A stretch of 61,157 nt of DNA, filler included, from Dugesia japonica (GCA_001938525.1; 5 parts of 5 records of this genome joined end to end with filler, not necessarily neighbours in it); one strand, 5' to 3'. Positions 38,554 through 53,849 are shown, counted from the whole stretch's first letter. Translations and numbers: made by a program. Notes: generated by a model from the sequence alone, not told the origin.

Positions 38554-41500
38554 ATGGATTCAACCATAAAGGGTTTTCTGCTAATATCAGCAAATATTGG
38601 TTCAACATTTGATTTTGTAAGAACAGTTGTTGAAAGCATGATTTAACTCATAAAATTATATTTAGCCCGATAGAATGTTTACATCGTGGATAGATGGCGT
38701 AGCACTTGTATGTTAAAGTTTTATTTTATATAAATTTGATATAATTCATCTTTTAAAATAATTTTTAAAAAGCGCATACAAGAATTTGAACCAATATTTT
38801 TTGCTATTCACTGTCAGGAAGTTGGTGGCAAAAATTATGAAGAGTCAATGCAGTATGTTGACAATTTCGTCAAGTAAGTGAGAACCTTTGTAAAATTTTT
38901 CACTTTTAATGATGAAAACTTGATAAATAGACAGTGTTACTCAATTATATCTCAACTTAACAATTGATATTTTTGTATTATGATTAGTTTGTAATTTCTA
39001 AACTATTGACATGAGAGAATATATATATATATATATTATTTAGAAAATTCTATATTCTAAAATTCTAAATTTTATAGAAAATATAATAGAAAATCGTTAG
39101 GCATTGTTATAAATAAAATTTGGTATAAAATGCAAAATAAAGGAGTTAAGAAATTTTCAAAATTCTAAGTTCTGATGCTAGATAGTAAAATAAATAATTA
39201 TCGTAAAACGCTCTGAAATCAGGTTAAATTTTAACCTTACAGTTTTATTCAAATTGTTTTTAATTATTGAATCAAATTTGAAGACACTTTAGTGTATTTG
39301 TTATTTGGAATATACAGTGTTTCTCACACGAATTAACTATTTTATCTAGTGATAATTATTTTTTTTCAATAAAATAAAAGCTTCGATCAAAACTTTTTTT
39401 CGTTTTGGATAGTATTTCGAATTTCCGTCTTTGTCTTCGCCAGGAATTGACTTTTTAGGAAGCTTTTATATCAATGAAATCTCAAATACGACCAATGGTT
39501 ATGCCCAACAATTATTCTCGCAATAATTCTTGTAATTGTAAAACAATGAAATGTAAAAAATAATTTTATCAAATAAAACAATTTTATTAAACAAAAAACT
39601 TATTTTATCAAAAATATATTTAATCCAATAAAAAAAATTATTTAATAAAATAAAAGTCCTTGTCAAATAAAAAATTATTTTATTGAATAAAAAATAATTT
39701 TTTTACAATTGCAATTATTACGAGGATAATTGTTAGACGTAAAAAAATAGTTTAATCAAATTAAAAAATATTTTGTCAAATAAATTATTTTATCAAATTA
39801 AAATATGATTTTATCAAATAAAAAATTTAATCAAATTAAAAAATTATTTAATAAAATAAAAATTATTTCATTGAATAAAAAAAATTTTATCAAATTAAAA
39901 AATCATTTTATCTATTAAAAAATTATTTTATCCAATAAAAAATTTAATCAAATAAAATTAATTATTTAATAAAATAAAAAAATTATTTTTTTCAATGAAA
40001 AATGTTTTTATTGAATAAAAAAATAATTTTATCAATTAAAAAAATAATTTTATCAATTAAAAAATTATTTTTTCAAATAAAAAATTTAATCAAATAAAAA
40101 AAGTATTAAATCAAATAAAAAATTATTTAATAAAATAAAAACGATTTCATTGAATTAAAAATAATTTAATCAAATAAAAAAATTATTTAATAAAATAAAA
40201 GTCCTTGTCAAATAAAAAATTATTTTTTTACAATTGCAATTATTACGAGGATAATTGTTGGACGTAAAAAAATAGTTTAATCAAATTAAAAAATATTTTG
40301 TCAAATAAATTATTTTATCAAATTAAAATATGATTTTATCAAATAAAAAATTTAATCAAATTAAAAAATTATTTAATAAAATAAAAATTATTTCATTGAA
40401 TAAAAAAAATTTTATCAAATTAAAAAATCATTTTATCTATTAAAAAATTATTTTATCCAATAAAAAATTTAATCAAATAAAATTAATTATTTAATAAAAT
40501 AAAAAAATTATTTAATAAAATAAAAATTATTTTATTGTATAAAATATAATTTTTTTACAATTGCAATTATTGCGAGAATAATTGTTGGACGTAAAAAATA
40601 ATTTAATCAAATTAAAAAAATTATTTTATCCAATAAAAAATGTTTTTATCGAATAAAAAAATTATTTTATCAATTAAAAAATAATTTTATCAATTAAAAA
40701 ATAATTTTATCAATTAAAAAATTATTTTATCAATTAAAAAATTATTTTATCTAATAAAAAATTTAATCAAATAAAATAATTATTTAATAAAATTAAAATT
40801 ATTTCATTGAATAAAAAAAATTTTATCAAATAAAAAAATTATTTTATCAATTAAAAAATTATTTTATCAATTAAAAAATTATTTTATCCAATAAACAATT
40901 TAATCAAATAAAATAATTATTTAATAAAATTAAAATTATTTCATTGAATAAAAAAATTTTTTATCCAATAAAAAATTTAATCAAAATTATTTCATTGAAT
41001 AAAAAAAATTTTTATCAAATATAAAAATTATTTTATCGAACAAAAAACACTGATTCTTTTTTGGTCGTATAATAATCCTTTGATTTTAGAGTAATTGAAC
41101 AATATTCACTAATCTTTGTTTTGTAAAATTCTCAATATTTTGTTTAGTCCTCGTTTTATAATGGAATTTATCCTTCCAAACATCTTAAACGTGCATATTA
41201 CACTACTAACGGTTTCATATGTAACTAAAATATACATCAATTTATTGAGAATTATTCAACTATGCACACATACATTTATGAATTTATAAGAAATTTGCAT
41301 TATTTTCATTAAAATATACACTAAATTTCGAGTCTAACGTCTGGCGTTGAAGAAACTTAATTCCATCTCATCTTCCAATCAATATTCTGCTTATTCAACT
41401 TAATTCGATTAGTCCGCTCCATTAATCCAATACAGTCAATATACTCAATAAATCCGATACACTAAATCATGGGTGGCCAACCCAAATGATCTTGTGGAAA

Positions 41501-44500
41501 TGCATCATAACTCCGCGGGCCGCATATAAAATTATAACCCCATATTAGATTTAGACTCACTATAGACGTTTTTTTGGAGTGAAAAANTGTAACGTAATGA
41601 GTTATTATTATCGTGTTTACTATTATTCTTACATGTAAACATAGATAATATAATAATAATGATTTTAAATGCACATATAATTCAATCTTATAATTACAAT
41701 TTTTTGAATAAATATGTTCTTAACTTAAAAGAAATTATTCTCGATTTAAATGATTTTACTGGGTTTTAATGATATTCTTAAAAAGAATGATTTTAATGAA
41801 CATTTGATGGTTCATCACACACAAGAACGGACCCACAAGGGGGAAATGGGGGCGTTCGTCCCCCTCCCAATAGTCGAATTTTTATAAAGCTATATAATNN
41901 NNNNNNNNNNNNNNNNNNNNGAATATTGGGATGGTAGCATGAAAAAGTAAAGAAGAAATGAAAAATAGAGAACAATTTCTATTCTAAAAATTAAAAAAAA
42001 CTTTCTCGTAATATATTCAGTAAAATTGTATTCTCGATGACAAAAAGATTAGAATTGGTCAAAAAATCAAAAGGACATCCTATTTAATATTAGGACTATC
42101 ATGTATTTATTTATTTATTAAATTTCGTGGCTGAAAATATTCATTCCAATCAAAAGTTGTATTTTTTTATTGGGGGTGAACAGACTTTTTACGAGTACTG
42201 TATTTAAATAAACTTAATTCAATAAAATACCTAATTATACTACTTAGAATAAATAATTTTTAGGTAGATAAATAACCAGACGAGTGACATACTTACACAT
42301 TTTCAGCAAGTGTCAATAAACAATACATACATACACAAAAAGCTTAAAAAGTCTTAAAAGTGCTTTTTCCTGCATTATTATTGGTGTATACCAAAACTGA
42401 CACAAATACACTGTGGACCGGGAAAAGTTTTTTCAACCAGTCAGATTGTCAGAAAACCAAAACAAAAATTTTCTACTCCTAGTGGGGAGAAGGGAGAGGT
42501 ACTGTTCTCGTGCGTAACTATCTATCTACTACTGGTATGAAATTCAATTAAAAACTTTTTCTTTAAAATATTGTAAAGAGAAAAGTTTGAAATACCATCC
42601 TAACATGGAGAAAAACAATTTATAAGAAAACGTTTATAAGACATAAAATTCATTTAAAATTACTTTAATTATAAATCATTGCTTCATTTACGATATTAAT
42701 TGCAATAAATTGTTATTATTGAACGTCGTTATGTTGTGTCTATGTAATAGGTGTTTTTCAAACTCTCTTTTTCGATCTTCAACTGCATGCAATGCAAGTA
42801 GTTCAAACCCTAAAAAAATTTAGAAAAAGTTAACAAGAGCATTGTAACGATGGATATCAAATAAAGTGATGACAATTAAGAAGATTTAAAATGAGATATT
42901 TTATATTTTCTTCAATAAATCTGCCGCTGAGTATTAAATTGCAGGCAGTAATTATAGAATATTTCATATCAATTTAAATTTCAATTTATGGCAAATAGAT
43001 TTCTCTATTAATGGGAAATTCAATTAAAACCGATCCTTCGCCGTCTGTCTATCTCGTGCTCCAATGAAAATATCAACAAAATGCAAATTGTCAATAAACT
43101 AAAAATCGATTACCAATTTNNNNNNNNNNNNNNNNNNNNNNNNNNNNNNNNNNNNNNNNNNNNNNNNNNNNNNNNNNNNNNNNNNNNNNNNNNNNNNNNN
43201 NNNNNNNNNNNNNNNNNNNNNNNNNNNNNNNNNNNNNNNNNNNNNNNNNNNNNNNNNNNNNNNNNNNNNNNNNNNNNNNNNNNNNNNNNNNNNNNNNNNN
43301 NNNNNNNNNNNNNNNNNNNNNNNNNNNNNNNNNNNNNNNNNNNNNNNNNNNNNNNNNNNNNACTTCAAACTCATCTAACAAAATTAAATGTCACAAGAAA
43401 TGTAAATATATTATAGAATACGTATAATTTTTACGCTATAAAGAGAATATGCTCATGTGTTTTATAATAATTACACAAGATTTTATGATTATTAATATTA
43501 TAATGATATTATAATTATTACTAGGGTGCCACCCGTCAAAAATGACGGTTTGTAAGTGAAATTTTTGTAGTTTAAAATTCTACAAAATGGTCTGAAAAAA
43601 CTACATTAAATTTATATATTTAATTTTTATATATTTCTTATTTCTATATATACACCAAAAATCGTCGCAAGCAAAACGTCGCAACTCGAAATACCTTTTT
43701 ATATGAAAATATACTCAAACATTAATGATCCGTTCTAATGTTAAATTAAAACGGTTTTTTCAAAAGAAAAACAATTTATAGTTTCTAATGAATTTATTTA
43801 TTCTATAAAGTTAAGAAATCATTAAAATTAAAATAAGACGTAACAATTAAATCTTATTTTCCTCAAATTTAATNAAAATCATATATTTATGAAAAATCAG
43901 AATCTAGCGTTATTGGAAAAATTTTTGATTGGACGATGNAACATTTGTTCGATTTTTAAAAACATAATTTTCGTTTACATAACTTTTATCAAACTAAAAT
44001 CAAGTGATGTAAATTCTTACACATAATTGTTAACAAAAATCAAAATAAATTGTACATACATATTTTGGATTTACATTTTTATATAATTTTGTTGTTTGAC
44101 ATTTATACATTGAAGAAATGTTTCAGCTACATACAGTGAAAGTAAAAAAAATCATTTATATAAGATTTCAGTTATATTTTGGTTATTTTTAACGGTATTG
44201 GAAACGACGCAAAACTATTAGCCGATTTTTTTCGTCGCAATGCAAAACGTCGCAAAGTGAGGTATTGGTATATATATATATATATTTATTTATTTAATTT
44301 TTATATATTTAATTATATATTTTATTTATATATTTTTATGTATTTAATTTATTTATTTTTATATAATTAATTTATATATTTTAATTTTTATTTAATCTAT
44401 TAAAATTTGAAAAATTACAATTTTTATTAACCTTTATAATTCAAGCGTTTCTTCAAATTTGCATACAGACTTATGCATTTACATTTTTTTATTCTCCAGC

Positions 44501-46159
44501 TTTATTACTTCTGAAATTCTCAAAGTTTCAAACATTCATAAATATCTTAAATAGAATCATTCTTCTCAATCAAATTATTTTAATCAATTTTTATTGGTTG
44601 ATATATTTCGACAACCCAAACTAAGTTGTTCCATACTGTTATATTTTCCTCTGACCTCGATCAAGAACAGATCACGACACACAGGAGTACTTTTGAAGAA
44701 TTTCACGAAACATATTTTAAAAGCTCGTGAAACTTTTGTATCGAGCTCAGAAAAGGGCTAAAGCTCGTCGAGCTTAGTGATAATATTTCATAAACTCAAA
44801 CTTCTTTTTAAATTCATGGTATTTTTCATTAATATTAAATGTGAAGGCATTATAGTTGCTGCTTTTAAACCTTTTAATCTATTTAATAGTGGCTTGTCAA
44901 ACTTTATTTGTTTTCATCTGCTGAGTTAATTAATGAAATAATAGAAATAGTAATATGTACTGATTAGAATAATGAAAATATCATTATTTATAAAGAATCA
45001 TTTATTGAAAGACTACTTTTAAGGTCGGAATTTTATCGAAGACTTTGAGAAACAGAAAGTAGTGAATCAGAGAAGCTCGGATAACGAAGTATTTGGTAGA
45101 TAATTATTCCGAGATCGATTTATTGTTATTATAAATATTATTATTATTGTTAATATTATTATTACAAATACTATTATTAATAATATAAAATCATTATTAT
45201 TCGTAATGTAGAATAATAATTACTGTTATTGCTATATTATTAGTGTAAATAAGGATAATTTTTTTGTAATAATAATTATTATTATAATTATTACGATGAT
45301 CGTTATTACAATTTATAACACTTAATATACTGGTTGCAATAACGAAGACTTCATATTAAATTAATCATCTATTGAAAGAGTAAAAAGAAAGTAATGTTAA
45401 TGAAGTAATAACAATCGTCACACCGGGAAAAAAATAAACACAACCATATTTTTGGGTTAACATTTTATCGAAGATTACAGCATATCGTGGATGACAAAAT
45501 TCACAGCAGGGGAAGAGGACTTGTTAGAATGATGACTAGACGGTGGTTTAATGTTGGGTAAAATGGAGAGACTCTGTTTATAAAAATGAATATAATTGGT
45601 GTGATATCACATACAATAGAATGTTCATACAGGAAATTAGGTATATTGTCAAGTAAGTATACGAATTAACATTGGTAAACTAAACATCACTACGTGTCAA
45701 TTATTAAATATAAAATTTTATACTGATTAGACTTGAAACGTTGATAAAGAAAAATTAACAGGATATTATTATTTGAAAATCAATGTTCTGATTTGGAAGT
45801 TTTAATTACTTTTGTTATTTTAGAATGAATCATTATTGATTTTACAATTTTACCCTTGAAGTTCAATTTAATTTAACGATCTCATATTCTAATGTCAATG
45901 AAATATAATTTTACATTCAGGAGTATAATTTAAATGATTGTAATTAATTTATCACAGGCTTTTATTGAAAAATCCACTACTCAGTTGCTACAATAAAGCT
46001 CGCATTTACTTAGATGAAGATTTTACTGTTGAAGAAAAATTTACTGTATCTTTTTTTCCACATTTTTTATTTTATTGAAATTGTTCTACTTGCAGGCTCT
46101 GGGAAGCTTTTATTTTATACACGAGTCTATTTCAGATGTTGAGCAATGGGATTTTGTGG
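38554..46159 (+). CDS. INPP5A: Type I inositol 1,4,5-trisphosphate 5-phosphatase, 5' part (exons 38554-38616, 38666-38707, 38773-38873, 45958-46045, 46096-46159)
   Basis: Spliced in frame: MDSTIKGFLLISANIGSTFDFPDRMFTSWIDGVALRIQEFEPIFFAIHCQEVGGKNYEESMQYVDNFVKLLLKNPLLSCYNKARIYLDEDFTVEEKFTALGSFYFIHES..WDF. Matches the INPP5A motifs ANVGS, HCQEFGGKNY, ARVYLDE and FTALGSFYFLHES. Confidence 0.93.
39500..41045. repeat. AT-rich minisatellite array (about 19-21 bp units) with higher-order duplication, in INPP5A intron 3
   Basis: Units like AAAAAATTATTTTATCAA. A block at about 39630-39990 recurs at about 40175-40520. TTTACAATTGCAATTATT(A/G)CGAG..TAATTGTT.GACG occurs three times, plus one inverted copy at about 39505-39545. 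Confidence 0.9.
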
Positions 46160-46421
46160 GTAAGTTTCAACTATTTTTAAGATCATTCTATTATAACATT
46201 TACATATCAATATGTTATGACATAAATAATTGACATAAATTAATAATATTTATTGAAATCGAATAATAAATCACATAGTACTTTAATATAAAATCATTAA
46301 TAGGAAATTAGTTTATAAAACAGTTAAACAAAATATGTAAATTTGCTTGTTTAAAAATTATTTTTTTATTATGATTTTTACGCATGATGAAAATTACATT
46401 TTTATTTTACAAATTTAAACG

Positions 46422-46488
<67 letters not shown>
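46422..46488. repeat. (AAT)n microsatellite at a contig end
   Basis: Pure AAT run up to the gap. Confidence 0.95.
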
Positions 46489-46588
46489 NNNNNNNNNNNN
46501 NNNNNNNNNNNNNNNNNNNNNNNNNNNNNNNNTTAATTAATTAANNNNNNNNNNNNNNNNNNNNNNNNNNNNNNNNNNNNNNNNNNNN
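46489..46588. other. Artificial scaffold linker
   Basis: 44N-TTAATTAATTAA-44N. Confidence 0.97.
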
Positions 46589-47221
46589 ATTACTATTGCT
46601 TATTCAACAATTATTGATTTAATAAAACAAAACAGAAATAAATGGAATTAAATTTAAAATGTGTCCTTAAATTGGAACACCCTGTATAAATTTGGTAAGT
46701 TTTTTAGTAGCTACGTCAAATCTAAAAATTCGTATTACTAAATTTAATAAATTTTAAGTTCGTTACTTGTAATTATTGCGATAATAATTGCAAGTTCTAA
46801 ACAAATTTTGTTTAATATTGTTGAAAAAAGCTGACGATTTATTATTGATAGTAAACTCATTTGTGCAGTGGTGGGCAAAAATTTTAAAAATTACATAAAA
46901 TCTTACACAAAAAATTATATTTTATTTTTATGCTTTCTGTCATTTCATGTTTTTCTAACTTTTTCAAAAAGAATTTAAATAAATGGTTTTGGTACCGCCT
47001 TAAATTTCAAAAAAATAAATTGATATCGAGAAAAAAATTTACTTGATGTNNNNNNNNNNNNNNNNNNNNNNNNNNNNNNNNNNNNNNNNNNNNNNNNNNN
47101 NNNNNNNNNNNNNNNNNNTTATAATAAATTCATTTTAACACATGTTATAACATGAGATTCAATTATATTTCTATTTTAATTTTTGTTTTACATTTACTTT
47201 ATTTTTAATTTTATTCGATAG

Positions 47222-50200
47222 AATATTTTGATTGATTTCAAAGTCCATGATGATATCAGTAACTCAATTACAAAAACTATTGAGAAAGTTATTAAATTAG
47301 ATTCATTTATGGAATATAGAGAAACTTTATCAAATTGTAAAACAACGTTGGATGAATTGATCTCTCAGATTCATGGACAATGGCTAAAAGCAATGGAATT
47401 AAAATGTAAATTGGAATTTATGCCTAAATTTGTAAGTAATTAATTTTACAAGTTATTTTTTTTTGATTATTTACTGTTTTTTATGTAATGCTTTTTTCTT
47501 TTGAATTCTGAGTAGACGGTTGTCGTTATTATCTAATTTTATTTCTTTTTTAATTTTTATAATTTGAACAAATTCTACTTTAAAATGGAATAAAAATTAT
47601 GTCTAAGATTTCTGTGAAAAATATGAAATTTTTATTTCTTTCGTTTACTTTAATATTTATAATCATTTAGTTATTTTTAATTTAATGGATTATAATTTAA
47701 CTTCAGGTAATTAACTTTAATTCCATCACTAAATCCGGAATTTCTTTGGTTGGACCAGAAAGTGGATTTGAATCAGAAATTAGTCCAATGAATCCTATTC
47801 GTGGTTTTCCAACAAATAATCTAAGTTTAATGAAATATATTTCGTCATCAGGTGAATGTTTTGCAGACGATAGCACAACTGATTTACCAATGGGTTATTT
47901 TATGTTTTTTTAAAAATTTTATTAACAAAGTTCTTATGTTTTTAGTATCCTTGTTAATTATCGAATTTGTCGACTATTTATTATTTTTTCATTAGATTAA
48001 AATAAAATTTATTTCATTTAAAAAATATATTTATTGAAATATATATAAATAAAATAAAAATAAAATTACAAAAAAAACAAGGTAATTTTTCACATTATAA
48101 ATGTCCCACATTGAGAATTTAGCAACAAATATATATTATTTTACAAAAGGAATCAGTGCACTTCAAACACAATTTCTTTTCATTTTTATTAATGTTTGTT
48201 TCAAATAAAATTTTCTTAATATGAAACCATAAATCTGACTAGACTGGGAACTTATCACATTATTAACAATTTAACTATTAATTATTACAGATAGAAAACA
48301 CTGAAGACGAAATTTGGGTGCTTTGGCGTTATCGAAATTTATATTACTTGCTAATTAACTTTCTATTGATAATATACTTAGATTTGATAATCGCTCTTGA
48401 CCGCTGGTTGATCGCAAATAATTTTAAATAATTTTAAATTTACTAAAACTCCTTTCTGTTGAAGCCACTGTTGTAGTCATTGTGATAAATATACGTATTG
48501 CTAATTCGATATTTGGATTGGATTCTTGTTAATTCCATCTACCAAGTATATTTAAAATATCAATGTGCTACATACGCAAAACATTTGTAATTGATGTTTA
48601 AAACATTTAAGTTCATATAGAAATTGATCATAATCTATTTCTAAATATTTTTGAGAAAGCGTTATCCCTTCTTTTTCTAAATTTTCTTCAGGTAAAAGCC
48701 CTCACCAGTTAAAACATAAAAGTCTTTTGCCACTTGTTGAATACATAGAAATCTTTCTTGTAATTGCATTAAAATATTATCAATGATATTGTAACATGAT
48801 ATTTTTACTAATTTCTGCGGGCAATTCGTCGGACATCTTTTTACGTTTAGATTTCCTTTTATTTTGATTCGGATTTAAATTAAATTTAGTGAAATGTTCA
48901 GTAACGTTTACGAAAATTTCATCTAAACTATTTCCTCGATAATTCGTCAAATCATTAATGATCCCTTGAATTAATAAAGACGATCTATAAATATCCTGTT
49001 CTTTACTCTGAAGTGCAATGTTAATTTTATTCAATTTGCCAAGTATGAAATTCCAAATATTTCAAAATACAAGAAACTGATAATTGTACGTATAAAATAC
49101 AAAACTTTTAAAAACTTATAAAAACATGAAAATATATAAAAATTCAAAAATTAAAAATTTTTTTATATCTAAAAAATTTAAATCAATTTAGTCGAAAGGA
49201 CTGTCTGTACACTAATGCTTGCATTATGAAATCTAATCATTAACGCCTCATACAACACTCTCTCCCAGTAATTTTTAAATTGCTTAGACAAAATTTTAAA
49301 ATTTGATATTTCAAAATTCGCATTACAATTACTTTTATTTTTATGCTTGAACCCTTGTATAAAGATGACGCGCAGTCTCTCCAATGTATGCGGCATCACA
49401 CGCACTACATTTAAATTGATAAACAAGGTTAGAACACAAACCAATTGGTGTATGGGATTTATTAACAAAGCTTTTAACAATTTTCTATACCACTTTAAAA
49501 AATTTGTTCAAAAAAGAGCACCACTTTTAACTTATTTTTTAAAAATTTTTGAATTTTCATTGTTTTTTTTAAATGTTTGAAATTGTTTGAATTTTAAATG
49601 TTTCATTGTGAACATATATAAATTGATTTATTACACGTATTATAATATATTTAAGCATTTTTGTAAAATCTCATTACTATATTTGTCAATTTTACAATAC
49701 TAATTTATGCCGAGACAGATAAAATATTATTTGAAATTTATATTATAATACTAATTATAAAATCTAATAAATTATGTGTATCGTTGTTTTTATATTGATA
49801 TTATTTCTGAATGTAAAATTTACAATTTTAGTTACTTTTGATTTGTGTGTCATACAATCGTACCAACAATTTATATATATGCGATTGATTTTCTTTAATC
49901 AAATCGATTGTTAGATAAGTTGAAATTATTTCTCATAATCGTTCATTTTAATTTCTCCCAATTAATTTTTCGATTTTAAACTTTTAAAAATAAAATAAAT
50001 ATTTAAAATGTGATAATGATTTATGGACATCGGTCTTAGTAATATTTTTATAATTTAATAAACAAAAAAATTGTGACAAATTCTTGAATAAAGTAAAAAT
50101 AATTATATCAAATTTGAAATTAAAAATATGTAATTATTAAAATTTAGTCACTTACTATTATCAATAGTAGATATCATACATTTATAAAATTTGACTTAGA

Positions 50201-53200
50201 GGGATGCATTGTCAACGATTTCTGTTTCACGTGAGAGTATTAGTAATTGCTTTATGTAGAACAAATACTGAATTTAAGCGCGATTTGTTAGTATCTAATT
50301 ATTCTGCAAAGTGTGCGACTGTGTGTATTGTAGAGACCATGAGAATTGTCTGCTCACCTGACAGGTCTACAAGTGAAACACAACACTAAGCACATTGAAT
50401 AAATAACATATATGTGCAATTTTATTTCTTAGTTTTATCATTTTCTTTTGTATTAGATTCGGAGTCTACTGATTTACCATTGGATTTTGCATATAATAGA
50501 AGCATCAGTTCGTCTTCCTCATTAGTTGAAATAATGTTGGATTTAACACATCAATCCCAAATTTCTAAAAATGATTTTAATTCTCGAAAGAAGCAAAAGC
50601 GATTTAAAAAACGGCGACAGTTTGTTTCAAAAACCACAGGAGTTCATTCTGAAAATTTAACTTTGGAAGAAAGAGAAAAGTATTTACAAATTCGTAATGC
50701 TTTTAGTAGGCCTCCATATTCTTTAAAACGACGAATCAGTGAAACTAGGTAAATTATTTATTTTTAGAAACAATCGATTGCTTTCTTTTATGTTAAATTG
50801 ATTTTCCACTAAGATTTTTTTGATTCTTCAATTTGTTGTAAATTATAATTTATTTATTTTTATTTGCATGAAAAATATTATTTGTTTCGTTAACTTAATG
50901 TTTAAATAATTTTGCTTTATAACAACGATAATTTTCAAGTTTTTTCTAAAAGAATTTTGGTTAGTTTTAGAGAAACTTACGATAAAGTTGGCAATATAAT
51001 TTAGAATCAAACCAAATCTTGAGGATAAAAACTTAGTATTAGTTGTAGGTTTTATAAAACTTAATAAAATGTTCCAATTGTAAATAAACTTGTTAGATAA
51101 CCGCTTATACAAAAATAATATTATTTAAAGAATTTTTATTACTAAGTGTGCTATTTTATAGATATACAGTACTGGTTTGGGGAGATTGCGAGGTGTGGCA
51201 GTGCCAAATGAGCTAGTGGCGTCGAAGGCAGCTTAAGTTACTTAGAATATATTTTTTATATCATATTTAATATTTATACACAAGAAACACATTGTGCGTA
51301 TTACATATTCTGAAATCATACCATATAAAATTAACTTTGTGGTTTAAGCTTGTTCTAGAGTTTATCAAGAAGAATTTTGCGAAATATTTCAAGCATAAGG
51401 GCGCTCAGTTTTTGGCCATAATACCGCACCCATTTCCACACTTTTTAAACAACGAATTGTAACAAAATGAAAGCCAAAAAATGTTATCAATAAAATAATT
51501 TACGACCGTTATGTATTTAATTCTATATTACTGCTATTTTGGAATTAATATCAACTTTAGGGGGAGTCTGAAAAAAATTTGCCCTAGGGTTCTGCAGTGG
51601 CTAAAGTCAGCAATGCTTATGTAGTTAATACATTGAAATATCACATATAAAATTAACCAACAATTCAATAAGTATGTATTTAATTCTGTTAGTGTACTCA
51701 TTACTTCCAATAATCTCATGAAATCATCTCGACATTATAGTTCTAGTTCTATTTTAAATTGACTTATAATAATTCTAATGTGATAGTGCTTGTTACAAAT
51801 CGAAGTGCTTTAACTCAGAATAAGATATTCTTATTTACTTTATTCTTAAAATATTTAAGTAACATCTTTAAATTATGATCATAGTGACAATTATATTATA
51901 CAATACTTATCTAGTTAAATTCACGTAAATATATTGCAAAAATTTTTGTACAGTTTTTCAAATTGGTAAATAAGTAATGCACGTAAAGAATTGACGTTGA
52001 TTAGGCATAAAGGAATATTAAAAAATATGGAAACACTTTCAACACAAACTTAAAATTTCACCAGAACCATATCATATAATATGACATTTCTAAACTTCAC
52101 ACGAAGAAACATTAAGAAATACTAATTAAAAAAGAAAAATCTCAGATCAATGTAATTCATAATAATTTAAATAATGCATCCAATTAAAATTCAATAAAAT
52201 AAAATAAATTCTAAAATTATTTATATTTTTTTAAATATCGTGTATAAATCAAAATTGAATTTCTAAAGAAGACTTGCTAAAAATTTGGATATATAACATG
52301 AAATTAAAGAAAATTTTTTTGATTTTCTCTTTTTAATTTATTTAAAATAATTTGATATTAAGAATTTTTTGAATTTTTTGGAACCGATACATTTCTCAAA
52401 TACAATTAAAACATTTATAAAAATACACATTCTCATATTGGCTTGTTGTGGAAGACTTAAGGCTAATATCAGGTTATTTGAGATATTCCAATGATACGCG
52501 ACCTTGTTTTCAGGTTTATTTTAAACGAGTTCAAACAATTGTAAGTAATTGTATTAATAAATTTATGTATGCAATCTAAAATCATTTGTAAAAATCTCTA
52601 AAAAGAAACTCTTTAAATTTAATTTTAATATTCTGGTTTTCACTAGTGATAAAATTATAAAAGTTTATTGATTTTTTCAGATTTATATTCAAAATTTTTG
52701 AATCTTGAAATTGAGCAGTCTAAAATAACAAATGTTCTGCCAGACTTTTGAGTCAAGCTTCTTTTTTGTAAATTATATATTTGGAAAATATCTCAGAATT
52801 TATTGTCACTTAACTATTGTGAAGAAATTTTCAAAAAACTTTTGAATAATCAAAAATTGAATAATTTCTATAAGGAAATAAATAATTTCAACTAATAGAA
52901 ATGGATTAAAATAATGAATTATATACAATTATTTATATCACCATATATTTATAAAAATTATTAATCTTTGTTAATAATGAATAAAAATTCCTCAAATTAA
53001 TATTTCTGATTTCGAAAATTAATTATCTTTGGAAGATTTACCTAACATGGTGGCAGCGGGAAATACCAATTCAATTACAGATAGGTTATTACCAAATGTG
53101 TTCTGTAAAGGAGATGGCATTGAAAGCGTTGTGAATTGTATTTTGATGCTTAAGCCATTACCCAGAAGAAATAACTGGAAAGATCGGTATCTTGTTATTT

Positions 53201-53805
53201 TGATGACGATTTGCTGGAAGAATTTGTAAAGAAATATGCAAAATCTATGGAAGATTTACCGAACAATATAATTTTTAATTTCTACTCATTACTAAATTTA
53301 AAATTCTTTCAAAAATTTTATAATTATGATTTTTTAAAATTTTTTGAAATTTAAAATTGAAATCTAAAATATTTCTCTTTAATTTTTTTTTAAAATAATC
53401 AGTAAAATAATCCTGGTATTAAATAAACTAAGTCTNCATTACTTTTTTTGAAAAATTAAGATATTACCTTAGAATTTTATTTCTATCAATAATATTAAAA
53501 TATATGGCTACTATTAATGTTAAATATTTAGCGGGCTTGTATTGTATTTGCAAGCCGGAATTGTATAAATCATTTCTGTTAAACTGATGCGTATTTTTAA
53601 ATAAATGTTAGGAGAATATCAAAATATAAAATTATATTGAAATATTGTTTTGATTAATGTAGAAAATTTTATTTCAAATGGAAATCAACAAAACAAGTAA
53701 ATTAATGTTAGCATATTAATCTTTACTATGCAAATTAAAAATTATTTATTTTATGAATAATGAAGTAAGAAGTGAAAAGCATGGAAATTGAAAAAGTAAT
53801 AGTAA

Positions 53806-53849
<44 letters not shown>

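Noticed and set aside
39500-41045. Repeat-spacer pattern resembling a CRISPR array
   Set aside because: The spacers are themselves repeats, there are no cas genes, and the context is a eukaryotic intron.
53029-53260. YFDD-like motif suggesting an RT fragment
   Set aside because: Too short and degenerate to support a call.
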